Source of the DNA: Candidatus Latescibacterota bacterium
GTDB lineage: Bacteria; Latescibacterota; UBA2968; UBA8231
DNA: 64,000 nucleotides
Direction of reading: 5' to 3'
Assembly: GCA_965221775.1 (NCBI GenBank)
Contig: CBDCSU010000004.1
Location: 736,001 to 800,000, forward strand
The notes under the pieces are model-generated. The model was not told the DNA's origin, searched no databases, and saw nothing but the letters and a program-made list of their open reading frames with translations. Shown one piece after another: positions 1 to 10,238 of the stretch. A program made the translations under genes and the position numbers. Position 1 is the first letter of the stretch, and every line of letters begins with the position of its first letter.

Positions 1-321
1 GAGAGGGCGGTCCGGTTCTACACGGGCGTCTTCGAGGCCCCCGTCGCCTTCCGGTCCTCCGGCTGGACAACCCTCGACTTCGACGGCTTCCAGCTCGCCC
101 TGCACGTCTGGACCGCGGACCGGTTGAAGGAGGTACTCCTGCCGAACGCCGGGCTCTGCCTGCTGGTCGACTCGATCGAGGAGTTCCAGCGCGCCATCGA
201 GTCCCACGGCGGTTCGATGGAGAGCCTCCGGGAGCCCAAGGAGAACGTCCCGGTCCGGGTGGCCTCCTTCCGCGATCCGGAAGGCAACGGCTTCGACCTG
301 CGGCAGGAGGTCGCCGGCTGA
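1..321 (+). CDS. VOC/glyoxalase family protein (5' end outside window)
   Basis: Frame 1 is open from base 1: ERAVRFYTGVF...LALH...ASFRDPEGNGFDL, typical VOC motifs. Confidence 0.8.
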   Translation, partial: ERAVRFYTGVFEAPVAFRSSGWTTLDFDGFQLALHVWTADRLKEVLLPNAGLCLLVDSIEEFQRAIESHGGSMESLREPKENVPVRVASFRDPEGNGFDLRQEVAG

Positions 322-1349
322 TGTCCCGTGTGCGGTTAGCCCTCGTGGGCTGCGGCGGCATGTCGAGGTCGCACCTGCGCCGGTTCCACGTGCTCTCGGA
401 TCGCCTGGAGTTGGCCGCCGCCGTCGATGTCGATTCCGACAAGGCCGCCGCCGTGGCGGAGATGATGCCCGGCGTGCGCACCGCCTCCGACTACCGCGAG
501 GTCCTCGACGACGTCGATGCCGTCCTCCTCGTGCTCCCCCACCACGAGCACCACCCGGTGGGGCTCGCCTGCCTGCGGGCCGGCAAGCACGTCCTGCTGG
601 AGAAGCCGATGGCCATCGGCGAGGCCGCCTGCCTGGAGCTGATCGACGCCGGCCGCGCCGCCGGCCGGGTGCTGATGATCGCCTACTGCATGCGCTTCCA
701 CCCCCTCGTGTCGGGCATGAAGCGGCTCATCGACGACGGCGCCTGCGGCGATGTCTTCCAGGTCTCCATCTGGACCGAGCAGCTCACCCGCTACCACGAG
801 GGCCACTGGGCCCTGAAGGCGGCCACCCTCGGCGGCGGCCAGTTCTTCAGCCACGGCTGCCACTACGTCGACATCCTGCTGTGGTACCTGGGGCGGCCGG
901 TGCGCGGCGTGCACGTGGGAACGAACCGCGGCACTCCCTGGATGGAGCGCGAAGGGACCAGCAACGCGGTCATGGAGTTCGAGGGCGGCCGACTGGGCTA
1001 CCACTTCGGCACCTGGGGCGCCCGCGGCACGCGCCTGGGCTACGCCTTCCACGCCCACGGCACCGAGGGCATGATCGAGGCCGACATCCGCGGCGGCGAG
1101 CTGCGCCTGCTCAAGGGCGGCGAGACCGAGGTCGTGGGCCGCCACGAGACCGGCAAGCACACGGAGAACGAGATGGCCCACTTCCTGGACTGCATCGAGA
1201 GCGGCCGGGAGCCGCTCACCGGGGGACCGGCGAGCCTGCAGAGCCTGCGGGCGATCTGGCGCATGTACGAGGCCGAGGCCTCCGGCGGGATGGCCGACCT
1301 GAGGGGCCTGGGCCTGGACCAGGTGGACGAGCGAGGGAGGCTGAAGTGA
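321..1349 (+). CDS. Gfo/Idh/MocA family oxidoreductase
   Basis: ALVGCGGMS Rossmann start, GKHVLLEKPMA, GGGQFFSHGCHYVD. Confidence 0.92.
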   Translation: MSRVRLALVGCGGMSRSHLRRFHVLSDRLELAAAVDVDSDKAAAVAEMMPGVRTASDYREVLDDVDAVLLVLPHHEHHPVGLACLRAGKHVLLEKPMAIGEAACLELIDAGRAAGRVLMIAYCMRFHPLVSGMKRLIDDGACGDVFQVSIWTEQLTRYHEGHWALKAATLGGGQFFSHGCHYVDILLWYLGRPVRGVHVGTNRGTPWMEREGTSNAVMEFEGGRLGYHFGTWGARGTRLGYAFHAHGTEGMIEADIRGGELRLLKGGETEVVGRHETGKHTENEMAHFLDCIESGREPLTGGPASLQSLRAIWRMYEAEASGGMADLRGLGLDQVDERGRLK

Positions 1350-2620
1350 AGGCAGGGATCGCCCAGGTCGACATCACCCCCCGGGAGCCGGTCTGGCTCA
1401 CGGGGTACGCGAACCGCGACCACCGCTCGGAGGGCTCGTACGCCCCGCTCCTCGCCGGCGCCCTCTACCTGGAGGGGGACGGGGACCGCGCCCTGGTGCT
1501 GACCGCCGACGTCATCGGCTTCTCGCCGCCCTGCGACGCCGAGGCCCGGCAGGCGGTCTGCGACGCCACTGGCCTGCTGCCGCGGCAGGTGGTGCTCACC
1601 GCCACCCACACCCACTGCGGCCCCTTCTTCTCGCCCTGGAACATGCCCGGCGAGGTCGAGGCCGGGTACGCGGACTGGCTGATCGGGCGCCTCCAGGAGG
1701 CCGCGGTCACCGCCGCCGGCGCCGCCGTGGAGGGGCGGGTCGAGTTCTCCCGGGGGCGCTCGGCCTTCGGCGTCAACCGGCGCCTGCCCGACGGCCGCGG
1801 CGGCGTCCGCTTCGCGCCGAACCCCGAGGGACCGATCGACCGCGACCTGGACACCCTGTGGTTCCGCGGCGACGCGGGCGATCTGCTCGCCTCCCTCACC
1901 GTGTACGGGTGCCACCCCACCAGCATCGGCGGCTACCTCGTGGGCCCGGACTACCCCGGCTTCCTCTGCCGCCACCTGGGGGCCCGCACCGGGGCGCCCG
2001 CCCTCTTCGCAACGGGATGCGCCGGCGACGTGCGGCCGTGGTTCGGCGCCGGCGACCACGACGGCTTCGCGCGCCCGACGCTCGAGGAGCTGGAGGAGGC
2101 CGGGGCGGGCATGGCTGCGGAAGTGATGGAATCGCTCGACGCCGCCGAGGCCGTGGCCGCCGACGGCCTGCGCGTCGACCATCTGTACCACCGGCTGCCC
2201 TACGCCGAACTCCCGTCGATGGAACGCCTGGAGGAGGCGGCGGACAGCAGCGACGACCACTGGCGCCGCTGGGGCGAGACGATGCTGCCGCGGGCGAAGG
2301 CCGGCGGCCTGGCGGACGCCTGCGTCCACGAGATCCAGATGCTGCGGCTGAACCCGGACTTCCGCGTCGTCTTCCTCGGCGGCGAGGTGCTCTCCGAGAT
2401 CGGCCTGCACATCAAGAAGGCCCTCGCCCCCGCCACGACGATGACGGTGGCCTACGCCAACGGCCTCATCGCCTACGTGCCCGGCGCCGCCGCCGTCCCC
2501 CTCGGGGGCTACGAGGTGGACGGATCGTTCCACTACTTCATGAGGCCCGCCCCCTTCACCGCCGACTGCGAGAGGCTCCTCGTCGAGGGGACCGCCTCCC
2601 TGGCCGCCAGCCTGGGTTGA
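1346..2620 (+). CDS. Neutral/alkaline ceramidase-like N-terminal domain protein
   Basis: GTG start overlaps upstream TGA; AQVDITP..LTGY..R, ATHTHCGP, GVNRR, GCHPT, GCAGD, AYANG..YVP, GGYE motifs. Confidence 0.82.
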   Translation: MKAGIAQVDITPREPVWLTGYANRDHRSEGSYAPLLAGALYLEGDGDRALVLTADVIGFSPPCDAEARQAVCDATGLLPRQVVLTATHTHCGPFFSPWNMPGEVEAGYADWLIGRLQEAAVTAAGAAVEGRVEFSRGRSAFGVNRRLPDGRGGVRFAPNPEGPIDRDLDTLWFRGDAGDLLASLTVYGCHPTSIGGYLVGPDYPGFLCRHLGARTGAPALFATGCAGDVRPWFGAGDHDGFARPTLEELEEAGAGMAAEVMESLDAAEAVAADGLRVDHLYHRLPYAELPSMERLEEAADSSDDHWRRWGETMLPRAKAGGLADACVHEIQMLRLNPDFRVVFLGGEVLSEIGLHIKKALAPATTMTVAYANGLIAYVPGAAAVPLGGYEVDGSFHYFMRPAPFTADCERLLVEGTASLAASLG

Positions 2621-2623
2621 GAG

Positions 2624-3532
2624 ATGCCATACGATCCGGAGAACCGCACCTTCGACTGCGACCCCACCCTGAACGACTCCCAGGTCCTCGAGTTCTGCCG
2701 CGAGGGCTACCTGATGCTCCCCGGCGCCGTTCCCGACGAGATCAACGAGCGCGCCTGCCGCTACCTGAACGGGGAGATCCCCGTCGATCCGTCGTGGATG
2801 CCGGAGGGCCTGACCATCGAGGAGCTCGAGCGCATGCGCGGCACCCACGAGCCGAGCGGGATCCTGCTCGAGGACTGGTTCGTCGAGCACGTGCTGCTGA
2901 ACCCGGCCCTGGCCGGGGCCATGCGCTCCCTCCTGGGCGCCCGCGTCGGCCTGCCGGTCCTCGTCAGCAACCACAGGGTCGAGTGTCCCGCCGAGGCCCA
3001 GGGCTGGCACCACGACGCCGACCGGGTCTTCGGCCCGGAGCTGGAGTTCGCCGAGGTCTTCTACTTCCCCCAGGACACGCCGCCCGAGATGGGGCCCACC
3101 GAGATCGCCCCGCGCACCCACATCTCCCGCAGCGACGGCGACTTCACCGGCGAGGCCGTCCTCGCCGGCGGGCCCGCCGGCACCCTGGGTATCCACCACC
3201 AGAGCATCCTGCACCGCCGCGGCGCCTCCACCGCCACCGGGGTGCGCCACATGCTCAAGTACAACTACTGGCGCACCTCGCCCCCCTGCCGCGACTGGAT
3301 CGACGACCCCGAGTTCGACCCGCGCAGCGCCTGGTACGGCGGCCACGCCCACTGCCAGTACGTGGCTCACATGTTCTGGTGGCTGCAGGGCAAGGGGGAC
3401 GAGTACCGCATCATCGGGGGGCAGGGCTGGCCCTTCCGCACCCCGAACCAGATCGGCCCGTCCTACGGCTACGGACGGCCCGAGGGATACCAGCCCGACT
3501 GGCGCGGGAACCCGGACGGGTACTCGCGCTGA
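2624..3532 (+). CDS. Phytanoyl-CoA dioxygenase (PhyH) family protein
   Basis: EFCREGYL, GWHHD (HxD), GPTEIAPRTH, distal His in SILHRRG. Confidence 0.85.
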   Translation: MPYDPENRTFDCDPTLNDSQVLEFCREGYLMLPGAVPDEINERACRYLNGEIPVDPSWMPEGLTIEELERMRGTHEPSGILLEDWFVEHVLLNPALAGAMRSLLGARVGLPVLVSNHRVECPAEAQGWHHDADRVFGPELEFAEVFYFPQDTPPEMGPTEIAPRTHISRSDGDFTGEAVLAGGPAGTLGIHHQSILHRRGASTATGVRHMLKYNYWRTSPPCRDWIDDPEFDPRSAWYGGHAHCQYVAHMFWWLQGKGDEYRIIGGQGWPFRTPNQIGPSYGYGRPEGYQPDWRGNPDGYSR

Positions 3533-3548
3533 GGCGGTTCCTTCGAGT

Positions 3549-4358
3549 CTAGGCCGCCGGGGCGGCGGCCACGTCGGCGCTGTCGACGCTCCAGCACCAG
3601 AACTTCTCCGCGTACCCCACCACCAGCCGGGTGCCCTCGTCGTGGTCGACGTAGGGCGGGCGCGCCGGGCTGTACATGGTGTCGGTGAGGTCGCGGATCA
3701 GGGCCGTCTCCACCCCCCACTTGGTCATCTGCTTGATGCCGAAGCTGCGGTGGAGGACGCACATGTTGGTGTGCACGCCGAGGATCAGCATGCGGCTCAC
3801 GCCGCGGGCCTGCAGGCAGGCGTAGACGAGGCGGCCGTCGTCGGAGATCAGGTCCCGCTCCGGGTCGATGTCGATGCCGGGGTGCTGGCTCGTCCAGGCC
3901 TTGTAGGAGTCGTTCTCGGCCACGGTGGTGCCGTTGTCGGCGGCGTCCACCGGCAGGGGCGGGTCGTACTCGGCCGCTGTACCGCCCGGGGCGAAGAGCT
4001 GCCCCACGAGGGAGCCGGGGTCCCGCGCCGCCGCCGGCAGCCCCTCCGCGGGATCGGCCGGCTCCGCCTCCAGGGCCCGGAGGCGGGCCGGGTGCTCCGC
4101 GTAGAACTCCATTGTCCCCGAGGGCGCGTGGACGATCTGCACCCCGGCGGCGCGGGCCACCGTCACCGTCTGGTTCATGCGCGGCACCAGCGGCTCCATG
4201 CGCTCGCGCGCGCCGCGGCACCAGTGGCTGTCCCAGACGTCGCACAGCAGCAGGGCCGTGGCCGCCGCCGGCCACGCCGCCTCCTCCGTTACCGCGCGCC
4301 ACACGCGGTGGCCGCCCTCGTCGACGGTCAGCCGCTGGCGGCGCAGGTGGAGGTTCAT
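3549..4358 (-). CDS. Isochorismatase-like cysteine hydrolase
   Basis: TALLLCDVW and GVHTNMCVL catalytic motifs. Confidence 0.8.
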   Translation of the reverse strand: MNLHLRRQRLTVDEGGHRVWRAVTEEAAWPAAATALLLCDVWDSHWCRGARERMEPLVPRMNQTVTVARAAGVQIVHAPSGTMEFYAEHPARLRALEAEPADPAEGLPAAARDPGSLVGQLFAPGGTAAEYDPPLPVDAADNGTTVAENDSYKAWTSQHPGIDIDPERDLISDDGRLVYACLQARGVSRMLILGVHTNMCVLHRSFGIKQMTKWGVETALIRDLTDTMYSPARPPYVDHDEGTRLVVGYAEKFWCWSVDSADVAAAPAA

Positions 4359-4359
4359 C

Positions 4360-5517
4360 TTAGAAGGAGTCCTTCACGTCCATGGTCCGGGACGGCCCCT
4401 CCTTGACCCTGGAGGTGGCCACCCGCTTCTGCAGCTCGTCGTAGTAGAGATCGGCGTCGACGGGGATGTCGACCCAGCTGTCGGTCCAGGTGGACAGGAG
4501 CATGGCGTTGAACAGCTCGACGCTGTGGATGCCGTCGAGGCCGGGGGCCAGCAACTCGGTCTCGCCGCCGTCGCGGATCGACTGCACCCAGTTGGCCGTG
4601 ATCGTCCGGTGCTCGCCGTCGCCGCCGGCGGGCGGCACCTTGCAGGTCCACACGTCGGGGCTGCCGAAGCCGCCGGGGTACTCCTTCAGGAAGCGGCTCA
4701 CCGACTGCTCGGTGCGGTGGAAGACGATGCCGCCGTCCTCGGCGACGATCTTGCCGCGGTCGCCGGTGATCTCGAGGCGGTTGGTCCCCGGCGCGTCACC
4801 GGTGCCGGTGACGAAGACGCCCGTGGCGCCGTTGGGGTACTCGACGAAGGCGGTGACGTCGTCCTCCACCTCGATGTCGTGGTGCTTGCCGAAGTAGCAG
4901 AAGCCCCGCAGGCGCGAGGGCATGCCGCAGACCCACTGCCAGAGGTCGAGGTTGTGGGGGCACTGGTTGGCGAGCACGCCGCCGCCCTCGCCGGCCCAGG
5001 TCGCCCGCCAGCCGCCGGAGTCGTAGTAGCTCTGGGCGCGGAACCAGTCGGTGATGATGTAGTTGGTGCGCTGGATCTCGCCCAGCTCGCCGGAGGAGAC
5101 CAGCTCATGGAGCTTCCGCGTCTGGCCGCGGGCCCGCTGGTTGAGCATCAGGGCGAAGACCGTCCCCGCCTTCTCGGCGGCGGCGTTCATCTGCTTCACC
5201 TGGCGCGTGTACACGCCGGCGGGCTTCTCGGACATCACGTGCAGGCCGGCCTCGAAGGCGGCGATGGCGATGGGCGGGTGCAGGTAGTGGGGGGTGGCGA
5301 TGAGCACGGCGTCGATCTCGCCCGAGCCGATCATCCCCTCCGGCGTGTCGAAGCGCTCGACGCCGTCCAGGTTGCTCTCGGCCCACGCGAGCCTCTCGGG
5401 GCTGGCGTCGGCCACCGCGGCGAGCCGGCCCGCCGGGATCTGCCCCTTCGACAGGTACTCGCAGTGATTGCCCCCCATGCCGCCGATGCCGGCGACGCCG
5501 ATCCGTACCTCGTCCAT
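4360..5517 (-). CDS. Gfo/Idh/MocA family oxidoreductase
   Basis: GVAGIGGMG, ATPHYLH, HVMSEKP, GGGVLANQCPHNLD. Confidence 0.93.
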   Translation of the reverse strand: MDEVRIGVAGIGGMGGNHCEYLSKGQIPAGRLAAVADASPERLAWAESNLDGVERFDTPEGMIGSGEIDAVLIATPHYLHPPIAIAAFEAGLHVMSEKPAGVYTRQVKQMNAAAEKAGTVFALMLNQRARGQTRKLHELVSSGELGEIQRTNYIITDWFRAQSYYDSGGWRATWAGEGGGVLANQCPHNLDLWQWVCGMPSRLRGFCYFGKHHDIEVEDDVTAFVEYPNGATGVFVTGTGDAPGTNRLEITGDRGKIVAEDGGIVFHRTEQSVSRFLKEYPGGFGSPDVWTCKVPPAGGDGEHRTITANWVQSIRDGGETELLAPGLDGIHSVELFNAMLLSTWTDSWVDIPVDADLYYDELQKRVATSRVKEGPSRTMDVKDSF

Positions 5518-5657
5518 CCTGTCTCTCCTTGCTCTTTCCGTGTGGGTCAGCCGGCGGCGGAGCCGAGACGCTCCGGCGCGCCGAGTCCATCCTGTCTCTC
5601 CTTGCTCTTTCCGTGTGGGTCAGCCGGCGGCGGAGCCGAGACGCTCCGGCGCGCCGA
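5512..5657. repeat. Exact 73-bp tandem duplication (5512-5584 and 5585-5657)
   Basis: gtccatcctgtctctccttgctctttccgtgtgggtcagccggcggcggagccgagacgctccggcgcgccga occurs twice back to back. Confidence 0.95.
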
Positions 5658-6510
5658 CGGGTTGGCCGGAACGGCAGACGACCGGGAAATGGGGTCCCGC
5701 CCCGGCCATCGGGGCGCCGTCCGGCAGCTCGACGAACTGCTTCATCACGTGGTTGCCGCCGGCGTCGAAGCGGGCCTCGCCGGTCATGTAGTGGATGGCG
5801 ATCGCCCGCCGCGGACGCCCCGAGGTGTTGTGGGGCGAGCCGTGCCAGGTCAGGGAGTGGTGGAAGGAGATCTCCCCCCGCCGCACCGGCCAGGGCCGCG
5901 GCCGCACCTCGCTCACGTCGGTGCCGTCGGGCGGCTCGAAGCCCTCGATGGCCGAGAAGTCGGCCAGGTCTTCCAGGTGGCGCTGGGTGCGCAGGAACTC
6001 GATCTGGTTCCCCCAGCGGTGGCTGCCGGGGACCATCCACATGCAGCCGTTCTCCTCGTCGGCGTCGTCCATGGGGATCCACGCCGAGACCGGGGTCATG
6101 GGCTTGATGATCGGCCACAGGGGCGCGTCCTGGTGCCAGTTGGTGGGCCCCCCCGCCGACGCCGGCTTGTACTGGATCTGGTCGTGCCACACCTGCAGGT
6201 CCCGCTGCCCCGTGAGCTGGCTGACCGCCTTGACGACAAGAGGGTGGTAGATCAGCCGCTCGAAGGCCGGATGGGCCTCCCAGATGTTGACGATCTGCCA
6301 TACCGGCGAGGAACTCACGCCGCCGCCGCGGGACTTCATGTCGTGAAACAGGACCGGCCGCGTCTGGCCCTCGGCGAAGCCGTCGGGGCCGATCTCCAGG
6401 ATCTCCTCCAGGCCGGCGGTGATCCCGCCGACCTCGCTCTCCTGCAGGACGGGTCCGCTGTTGAGGAACCCGTCCTCGTGGAACCGCTCGATCTGTTCGG
6501 AAGTGAGCAT
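5620..6510 (-). CDS. Phytanoyl-CoA dioxygenase (PhyH) family protein
   Basis: Start MLTSEQIERFHEDGFL; WHQD, ENGCMWMVPGSH, HHSLTWHGS..N.S..PRRA. Confidence 0.92.
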   Translation of the reverse strand: MLTSEQIERFHEDGFLNSGPVLQESEVGGITAGLEEILEIGPDGFAEGQTRPVLFHDMKSRGGGVSSSPVWQIVNIWEAHPAFERLIYHPLVVKAVSQLTGQRDLQVWHDQIQYKPASAGGPTNWHQDAPLWPIIKPMTPVSAWIPMDDADEENGCMWMVPGSHRWGNQIEFLRTQRHLEDLADFSAIEGFEPPDGTDVSEVRPRPWPVRRGEISFHHSLTWHGSPHNTSGRPRRAIAIHYMTGEARFDAGGNHVMKQFVELPDGAPMAGAGPHFPVVCRSGQPVGAPERLGSAAG

Positions 6511-6655
6511 CCGGCCTCTTCGCCTCGGGTGGCGGGCAAGTGTACGCCGGGGGGATGGGATCTTCAATCGCCGGCGCCGCTCACCCTTGAATCCCCCCTC
6601 GGCGCGGCCCTTCGTTCTCCCCGCCCTCTCCCCCATTCCAGATGGAAGGCCCACC

Positions 6656-8602
6656 GTGACCGAATCCGACTGGCTCCGCTACCTGTTGCCCCTGCCCCGT
6701 CAGGTGTCGATCCCGGGCTCCGTGACCTGCCCGCGAACCTCGATCCGCGTCGCCGCCGCCGGACCCGCCGACGAGGTCCTGGACGAGGCGGTGGGCATGC
6801 TCGCCGAGGTGGTCGGCCAGCCCTGCGTGGGGGAGCCGCGGCTCACCGTCACCCTCGGCCGCATCGCCGACCTCGACGCCGTCCCGGAGGACCGCCTGGC
6901 CGGCGCCCGCCATCGCGGGCAGGCCTACGTGATCACCTCCCCCTCGGCGGAGGAGATCGTCATCGCCGGCGGCTCGAGCGTGGGGGCCGTGTACGGGGCC
7001 GTCACCCTGGCGCAGCTGCTCGACGCGTCGGACGGCGCCGACGACCTGGAGGTCCCGCTCCCCGAGATCGCCGACTGGCCGGAGATCGAGGAGCGCGGCG
7101 TCTGGAACTTCCCCGACGCGCCCGGCTGGGTGCCGTGGATGGCCGGCCTCAAGCTCAACTATGGCAAGATGGCCGACGTCTCCCTGGGACAGGTGGAGCG
7201 CGGCCGGCCGGTGTCGGCGCGGATCGACGCCGATCTCATGGTCCGGGCGCGGCGGCGCGGATTCAACTACGTGCCGCTGATCTCGCACCTGAACTTCCTC
7301 CACGACACCGGGATCTTCCGCGCCTGGCCGGAGCTGGCCGGCAAGGGCGACGAGGCCCTGGCGGGGCGCTACTTCGCCCACAAGCTCGGCAACCAGCACC
7401 GGGCGCCCTGCGCCTCGCAGCCGGTCCTCGTCGACCTGCTCACCGAGTGGATGCTCTCCATCTGTGAGCAGGGGGCCGGCGAGATCAGCTGCTGGCTCAG
7501 CGAGCGGCCCTGCCAGTGCCAGTGCGAGCGCTGCACCCCCGTGGGCCAGTTCGTGCTGGAGACCCGCGCCTTCGTCGCCGCCTGGGAGCGCGCCCGCCGC
7601 GACCACCCGGGCCTGGTGATCCGCATCTTCTCCTCCACCACCACCCCGGAGCAGGACGAACGTGTCCTGGCGGAACTGCCCGAGGAGGTCCGCTTCGAGC
7701 GCGCCTGCGCCACCGCCATGGAGCGCTGGCGCAACCTGCCGCGGGACCGCTTCGCCAACCCCTGCCTCGACGCCGCCGCCGCCGCCGGACGCTGGATCGC
7801 CAGCTACGACATGCCCCTGCAGGCCTACGGCAACGTCGACACGCCGGAGTTCAAGGTGCCCCAGTTCTCGGCCCAGCGGGTGCGGGACTTCGTCGAGCAG
7901 CTGGCGCGGCGGGGCTACGCCGGCGCCTACGGCATGATGGCCTGGGGCAACCTGACCCGCCAGACCAGCGGCTTCAGCGTCAGCGCCCTGGCCGAGTACG
8001 CCTGGAACCCCGGCGGCCGCAGGGTCCGCGAGTTCGCCGAGGCCTGGGCCACCCGCGAGGGTATCTCGGACCCGGCCGCCGTCGGCGACTGGGCGCAGCT
8101 GCTCGGCGAGGTCGAGTTCGACGTGTACGACTCCGACTTCCCCATGTGCTGGTCCTGGGGCCACGCGGCGGCCATGGTGGAGGAGGGACGGGCGCCGCGC
8201 TTCGGCGACGGCATGTTCCGCCACTTCTCCGGCGAGGAGGATTTCGAGTCGAAGCTGGAGATCTGCCGGAAGGCGGCCGGGCTGGTGGAGGGGCTGGAAC
8301 GCGGGGACCTGGCGCTGGCCACCGAGGTGGTGGGCTCGTACGTGGCCCTGATCCGGGCGGTCTGGCGGATCGCCCACGAAATGGCCCACGCCGACCGGAC
8401 CTCGGAGGCCGGTCAGCGCGGGCTCATGAACCGCGTGGAAGATCTGGAGGAGGCCGGGAAGGCCAACGTCGAGGCGATCCGGGCCTGGCGCTCACACCTG
8501 GGGCCGGAGCCGTGGAACCAGCGCGTCCACGACGCCATCGCCGGCACCCGCGACACGGTGGAGCGCATCGCCCGCCACGTGCGCGACCGCTACATCTACT
8601 GA
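6656..8602 (+). CDS. GH20 domain-2 (zincin-like fold) containing putative glycoside hydrolase
   Basis: LLPLPRQV, QAYVI, GAVYGAVTLAQL, IADWPEIEERG; GTG start inferred after GGAAGG. Confidence 0.65.
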   Translation: MTESDWLRYLLPLPRQVSIPGSVTCPRTSIRVAAAGPADEVLDEAVGMLAEVVGQPCVGEPRLTVTLGRIADLDAVPEDRLAGARHRGQAYVITSPSAEEIVIAGGSSVGAVYGAVTLAQLLDASDGADDLEVPLPEIADWPEIEERGVWNFPDAPGWVPWMAGLKLNYGKMADVSLGQVERGRPVSARIDADLMVRARRRGFNYVPLISHLNFLHDTGIFRAWPELAGKGDEALAGRYFAHKLGNQHRAPCASQPVLVDLLTEWMLSICEQGAGEISCWLSERPCQCQCERCTPVGQFVLETRAFVAAWERARRDHPGLVIRIFSSTTTPEQDERVLAELPEEVRFERACATAMERWRNLPRDRFANPCLDAAAAAGRWIASYDMPLQAYGNVDTPEFKVPQFSAQRVRDFVEQLARRGYAGAYGMMAWGNLTRQTSGFSVSALAEYAWNPGGRRVREFAEAWATREGISDPAAVGDWAQLLGEVEFDVYDSDFPMCWSWGHAAAMVEEGRAPRFGDGMFRHFSGEEDFESKLEICRKAAGLVEGLERGDLALATEVVGSYVALIRAVWRIAHEMAHADRTSEAGQRGLMNRVEDLEEAGKANVEAIRAWRSHLGPEPWNQRVHDAIAGTRDTVERIARHVRDRYIY

Positions 8603-8631
8603 AAGCGCGGCGGGCGGCCGGCCGGGCGGGC

Positions 8632-9069
8632 TCAGCCGGTGACGGCGGCGTGCATCTCCGTCCAGTCGTCGAGGTTGTTGAGGTTCACCGCGTCGAGGAT
8701 CGAGCCGTCGTCGGCGACGCCGGCGGCCGACAGGATCGAGCCCCGGGTGTCGTCGTCGTGGTTGTACCCGCGGATGGCGGCGTTGGAGGCGTCGACCTCG
8801 TCCTGGGGGATGCTGCCGCCCCGCTGCTGCACGACCCAGGCCTCGAACTGGGCATAGGTGGGCAGGTTGGACTTGATGTAGCCCACGGCGGCGTCGCGGT
8901 CGATGCCGAGGCCGTCGAGGACCATCTGGTCGAAGCCCTGGCCGCACTCGTCGTAGCCGTCCTCGAGCTGTCCCTTGGCGCTCAGCAGCACCTTCGACCA
9001 CAGCCTCGGCAGGTGGATGGCCCCGAGGGGACCGGCCAGGTCCGAGCTGATCAGTGGAATCGTGCCCAT
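8632..9069 (-). CDS. DUF5069 domain protein
   Basis: GPLGAIHLPRLWSK...GY...GFDQMVLDGLG...PTYAQFEAWV pattern. Confidence 0.75.
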   Translation of the reverse strand: MGTIPLISSDLAGPLGAIHLPRLWSKVLLSAKGQLEDGYDECGQGFDQMVLDGLGIDRDAAVGYIKSNLPTYAQFEAWVVQQRGGSIPQDEVDASNAAIRGYNHDDDTRGSILSAAGVADDGSILDAVNLNNLDDWTEMHAAVTG

Positions 9070-9128
9070 GTTCGTTCCTCCAATGCGGGCCGTGAGGGGA
9101 GGCCCTGTAAGGGGTTGAGGGGGGCGGA

Positions 9129-9196
9129 GATATAGGACGGCCCGGTTTCGGGCGTCAAGCGGCGGGATTGCGGGCCACCCGGCGGCCGGCTATGCT
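9129..9196. promoter_or_regulatory. Divergent sigma70-like promoters for DUF5069 gene (-) and uxuA-like gene (+)
   Basis: Plus: TTGCGG(9168-9173)-17-TATGCT(9191-9196). Minus: TTGACG(9158-9153)-18-TATATC(9134-9129). Confidence 0.5.
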
Positions 9197-9238
9197 GCAC
9201 GCCGCCCGGGATACCACCCGATACCAAGGAGCGCGGAG

Positions 9239-10219
9239 ATGCACGTCGGCACGCAGCAGTTCAGCACCAGCGATCACGATCTGGAGTTCCTCGCCCGCCA
9301 CGGCGTGACCGCCAAGAACGAGAACAACATCACCTTCCACCGCGAGTACGGGTGGGACGTGAAGGAGCTGATCGAGAAGAAGGAGAGGTGCGAGAGCTTC
9401 GGCGTCGACATGGAGATGGTGGCCATCCCCGTCCACTCCCTCGGCGTCGACGGCTGCAGCACCCCCCACTACATGCGCGGCCGCTACGACGAGGGCGACA
9501 AGGAGATCGAGCTGGTCTGCAACATGATCCGCCAGGCCGCCGAAGCCGGCATCCCGGCGGTGAAGTACTTCCTGTGCGAGATGGAGAACCAGCGCACCGA
9601 GTCGGTCCCCCTGGGGCGGGGCAACTCGCGCTACAGCACCTGGGACCTGGAGAAGGCCGACGACTCGCCGCGCTACGACGAGCCGCTCACGGCGGAGCAG
9701 AACTGGGAGCGCATCACCTACTACCTGGAACGGGTCGTGCCGGTGGCCGAGGAGTGCAAGGTGCGCATGGCCTGCCACCCCTGCGACCCGTGGCTGCCGC
9801 CGGGCTTCAAGGGTGTCGACCGCGTCCTCGGCGGCCCCGAGGGCTTCCGGCGCTTCATCACCATCTGCGAGAGCGACTACCACGGCGTCAACCTGTGCCT
9901 CGGCTGCATGGCCGAGGCCTCCACCGACCCGCGCAACGAGGTGCCCGAGATCATCCGCTACTTCGGGTCGCGCAACAAGATCTTCCTCTGCCACTTCCGC
10001 AACATCGTCGGGGGGCGCAACAAGTTCCAGGAGGTGTGGCCCGACGAGGGCGTCATGAGCATGCACCGCAACATCCGCGCCCTGCAGGAAGTGGGTTACC
10101 CGCACATGGTCGTGCCCGACCACGCCCCCGGCCACCCCGACTCCGACGCCTACCAGGCCTGGGCCTACGAGTTCGGCTACATCCAGGCGATGATCCAGTC
10201 GGTGACCGACGAGGACTGA
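9239..10219 (+). CDS. uxuA: Mannonate dehydratase (UxuA) family protein
   Basis: IRQAAEAGIP, YYLERVVPVAEE, ACHPCDP (HPDDP-like), HFRN, PDHAP; substrate not certain. Confidence 0.75.
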   Translation: MHVGTQQFSTSDHDLEFLARHGVTAKNENNITFHREYGWDVKELIEKKERCESFGVDMEMVAIPVHSLGVDGCSTPHYMRGRYDEGDKEIELVCNMIRQAAEAGIPAVKYFLCEMENQRTESVPLGRGNSRYSTWDLEKADDSPRYDEPLTAEQNWERITYYLERVVPVAEECKVRMACHPCDPWLPPGFKGVDRVLGGPEGFRRFITICESDYHGVNLCLGCMAEASTDPRNEVPEIIRYFGSRNKIFLCHFRNIVGGRNKFQEVWPDEGVMSMHRNIRALQEVGYPHMVVPDHAPGHPDSDAYQAWAYEFGYIQAMIQSVTDED

Positions 10220-10238
10220 GCCCCGGGAGGCGCCGCCT

